NCBI GenBank assembly: GCA_964016885.1
Contig: OZ024741.1
Coordinates: 60,078,001-60,142,000, forward strand
Origin: Eledone cirrhosa
Lineage: Eukaryota
Direction of reading: 5' to 3'
DNA: 64,000 nucleotides
Shown here: positions 61,290 through 64,000 of the stretch, piece by piece
How the letters are laid out: each line of letters starts with the position of its first letter
Position numbering within the stretch: the first letter of the stretch is position 1
Notes under the pieces: generated by a model
What the model was told of the DNA's origin: nothing
Database searches by the model: none
The model's input: only the letters and a program-made list of their open reading frames with translations
Translations under genes and position numbers: made by a program

Positions 61290-64000
61290 CCTATTTGTTT
61301 GTTTGTTTATTTATGTTCGTCTACAGCGTGATAGTGCCACAATAAAATCACCGGGGGTGATGAAATCACCGGTGGTTATGTAACCATACATTCACCAATC
61401 TTCGATAAGAGTCTTTAAATGTCGAACCTAAACAGTTCGAATAACGGTGAAGTGGAGACTGGAATGTCATGTGACAGACTCTCACCCAGCAGGTGCTCCC
61501 TGGCTCAGCAGCAGGGACCTGGCTGTCAACCAAATACTACTGGTGTCGAAGGAAGAAGAAGAAGGAAAGTGACCAGAACCAACTGGACGAAAGAATTGAA
61601 TAGAACTGTTATGCAATGTTACCTGAAGAGTAACCCCAAGGAGAAAGGCTATAGGAAACGGATGCATAACATCTGGAACGAGATTGGTCCATTTAAATTA
61701 CATGAACAAAAATTGGCCGGGTAGGCTCGGGTAATAAGAACTAATGGGTGGATAAGCGAGCTGGAACTGGAGGAACTGAGCATAGAGATTAGGTTGGAAA
61801 TGGAGAGTGGAGTATGCCAGGCAAACGAGCCAGTGAGAAATAAAGGTGAAGAGGTTGAGAGAACGGAGGAACCATCCGGAGCAGAGAATGATCTGAATGC
61901 TGAAATAAATAATACCTGGAACAAAGATACGGCCATTAAGGAGATGAATGCTGACGGGCTTGGACAAGATTTGGTTGATGTCCTAAATTAGTGATAGATG
62001 AATTGAACAATGATAGTGGGAGACCTATGAACCTAAGATTTGTAGACAGGAAAAAGTTAAAAGAAACAACAGTTAGGGTAAACAAAGTCATCCCATACCT
62101 TGAGGCGAGGAGCCTTCACCAGTGCAACAATATCCTCAAAGCAACAGCAAATGCGGTGAGGAAATTACTTGGCATAAAAGCGAGAGGAAACAACAAACAA
62201 GAAAGATCAGAACCTTGGTGGAAGAAACAACTGAATGGTCAAATCAGGGAAATGAGAAATGACATTGGAAAGCTTGAGTCCCTACTGAATGGGACACTAA
62301 AAAATATAGACACTCAAAATAGACTGGAAATAAAGTACAAAACTAGGAGGAAAAAGCTAAATATTATCATAGAGGAATTGAAGCAACGCATTGTAGCAAA
62401 GAGTGCAAACATTAGGCGATACGAGAGCAGAGTCAGTCAGTATAGACAGAAGCGCATGTTTGACAACAACCAGATGATGCTGTTTGGACAGCTTGAAGGG
62501 AAAGAAAGAGGCAACGACTTGATCCCTGAGGCGGAACAAACTAAGACATTCTGGAGAGGAATATGGGAGCAGGATGTTAAACATAATGACCAGGCAGTGT
62601 GGATTGAGACAGTACAAAAGGAGATTAGTGAACAGGCACACCAACAAACTGATTTGAGTATCACAGTTGAAACTCTTAATGGGCAGGCCAAAAAATTAAC
62701 CAACTGGAAATCACCAGGCCCAGATGGTGTGCAGGAGTATTGGATACAAGTTGGGAAAGGGAGAACTTACTATCAATTACCTCCTCTTCATGGACGATAT
62801 TAAGCTCTTCGGGAAGAGTGAGAAGGAGTTGGATGTGCTTGTTGACACTGTCCGTATTTTCAGCAATGATATATGTATGCAATTTGGTATTAGTAAGTGT
62901 CCTTGTGATGAAGAGGGGTAAATTGAGCAGAAGCAACGGAATCCATGTACCAACAGGTGAGATGATAAAGGAAATTGACACTGAAGAAGGATACAAGTAT
63001 TTGGGTGTTTTGGAGGCTGATGACATAAAGAACAAAAAAAATGAAGGAATTGATAAGATCTGAATACATTCGGAGAGTAAGGAGCGTATTGAAGTCACAT
63101 CTGAACAGTAGGAATGCCATAAGTGCAGTACATTCCCGAGCTGTGTCTATTATTGGGTACAGTGCGGGAATTCTGATATGGAATGTTGCTGAACAAAAGG
63201 AAATAGATAGGAAGACTAGGAAGCTATTGACTATCTACATGTTCCACAAGAGGAGTGATGTCGATAGACTCTACTTAAGGAGATCTGAAGGTGGAAGAGG
63301 TCTTATCAGCATAGAGAACTGTTTTCAGATGGAGAAAAACAACCTACACAAATACGTGACTGATAGTAAGGAGCCAATGCTCAGAATTGTACTGAAGGAG
63401 AGGACAATAGAGCAGGGGATGTCCAAGGAGGAAATAACAACAAGGAGAAAGAGCAGCCTTCAGGAAAAATCCCTTCATAGTACCTTCTTTGAGAAAACTG
63501 AATTCAGAGATCCACAGACATGGAACTGGTTGAAAAGAGGAGACCTTAAAAAGGCTACAGAAAGATTGCTAATGGCGGCGCAAGAGCAGGCCCTCAAAAC
63601 GAAGTGGTTGAAACACCATATTTACAAGGATGAGGCTAGCCCACTGTGCAGGATCTGTGGAGAGAGAGTGGCTCACATTGTATCCGAGTGTAAACACCTA
63701 GCCCAGACTCACTATAAGGGGTGGAGACGTGATGTGATGGGGGGGGGGGGGAGTGTTCCACTGGCACCTATGCAAAGTAAACAATTTACCACATTCTGAG
63801 AAGTGGTATGAGCATAAGCCAGAGTCGGTGATAGAAAACGATCAGGTGAAGGTGCTGTAGGATTTTAGGATACAAATGGACAAGAAACTGGAACACAATT
63901 GACCTGACCTGGGGGTTTTGGACAAGGAAAAAGATCGTGCCTGATTGTGGATGTGGCCTGCCCATTCAACACGAGAGTGCAAGGGAAGGAGAGGGAGAAA
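61290..64000 (+). mobile_element. R4/Dong-type retrotransposon (family A) copy 2, defective, runs off window
   Basis: Colinear with 48750-52090 and preceded by (AAT)n at 61260-83. It has stops, frameshifts and a 617 bp deletion at 62742-45. Confidence 0.94.

Overview
AT-rich, microsatellite-dense animal genomic DNA. The SINE consensus resembles octopod cephalopod SINEs; this is recognition, not proof. I found no confident host gene; the window is almost entirely retroelements. (1) R4/Dong-type RT + restriction-like-endonuclease non-LTR elements lie on the + strand, including one intact 1131-aa ORF at 48916-52311. (2) Three divergent Tx1-type (L1 group, APE+RT, CCHC ORF1) elements lie on the - strand. 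Both types sit in (AAT)n microsatellites with opposite, invariant polarity and build a ~23 kb back-to-back array at 35.3-58 kb. (3) Many tRNA-derived SINEs have a 3' end and an ATTAT-starting TSD that match the Tx1 elements. (4) A Naiad-like Penelope element (RT + GIY-YIG) with a 1.25 kb inverted repeat, plus a non-coding relative, sits in (TA)n and carries U3-A8 variant hammerhead ribozymes. (5) Numerous small hammerhead-bearing remnants and fold-back palindromes, most centred on (TA)n, are present. (6) There is also a decayed RTE LINE and a possible eroded ABCC-transporter-like coding remnant. All alignments and RNA folds were done by eye.
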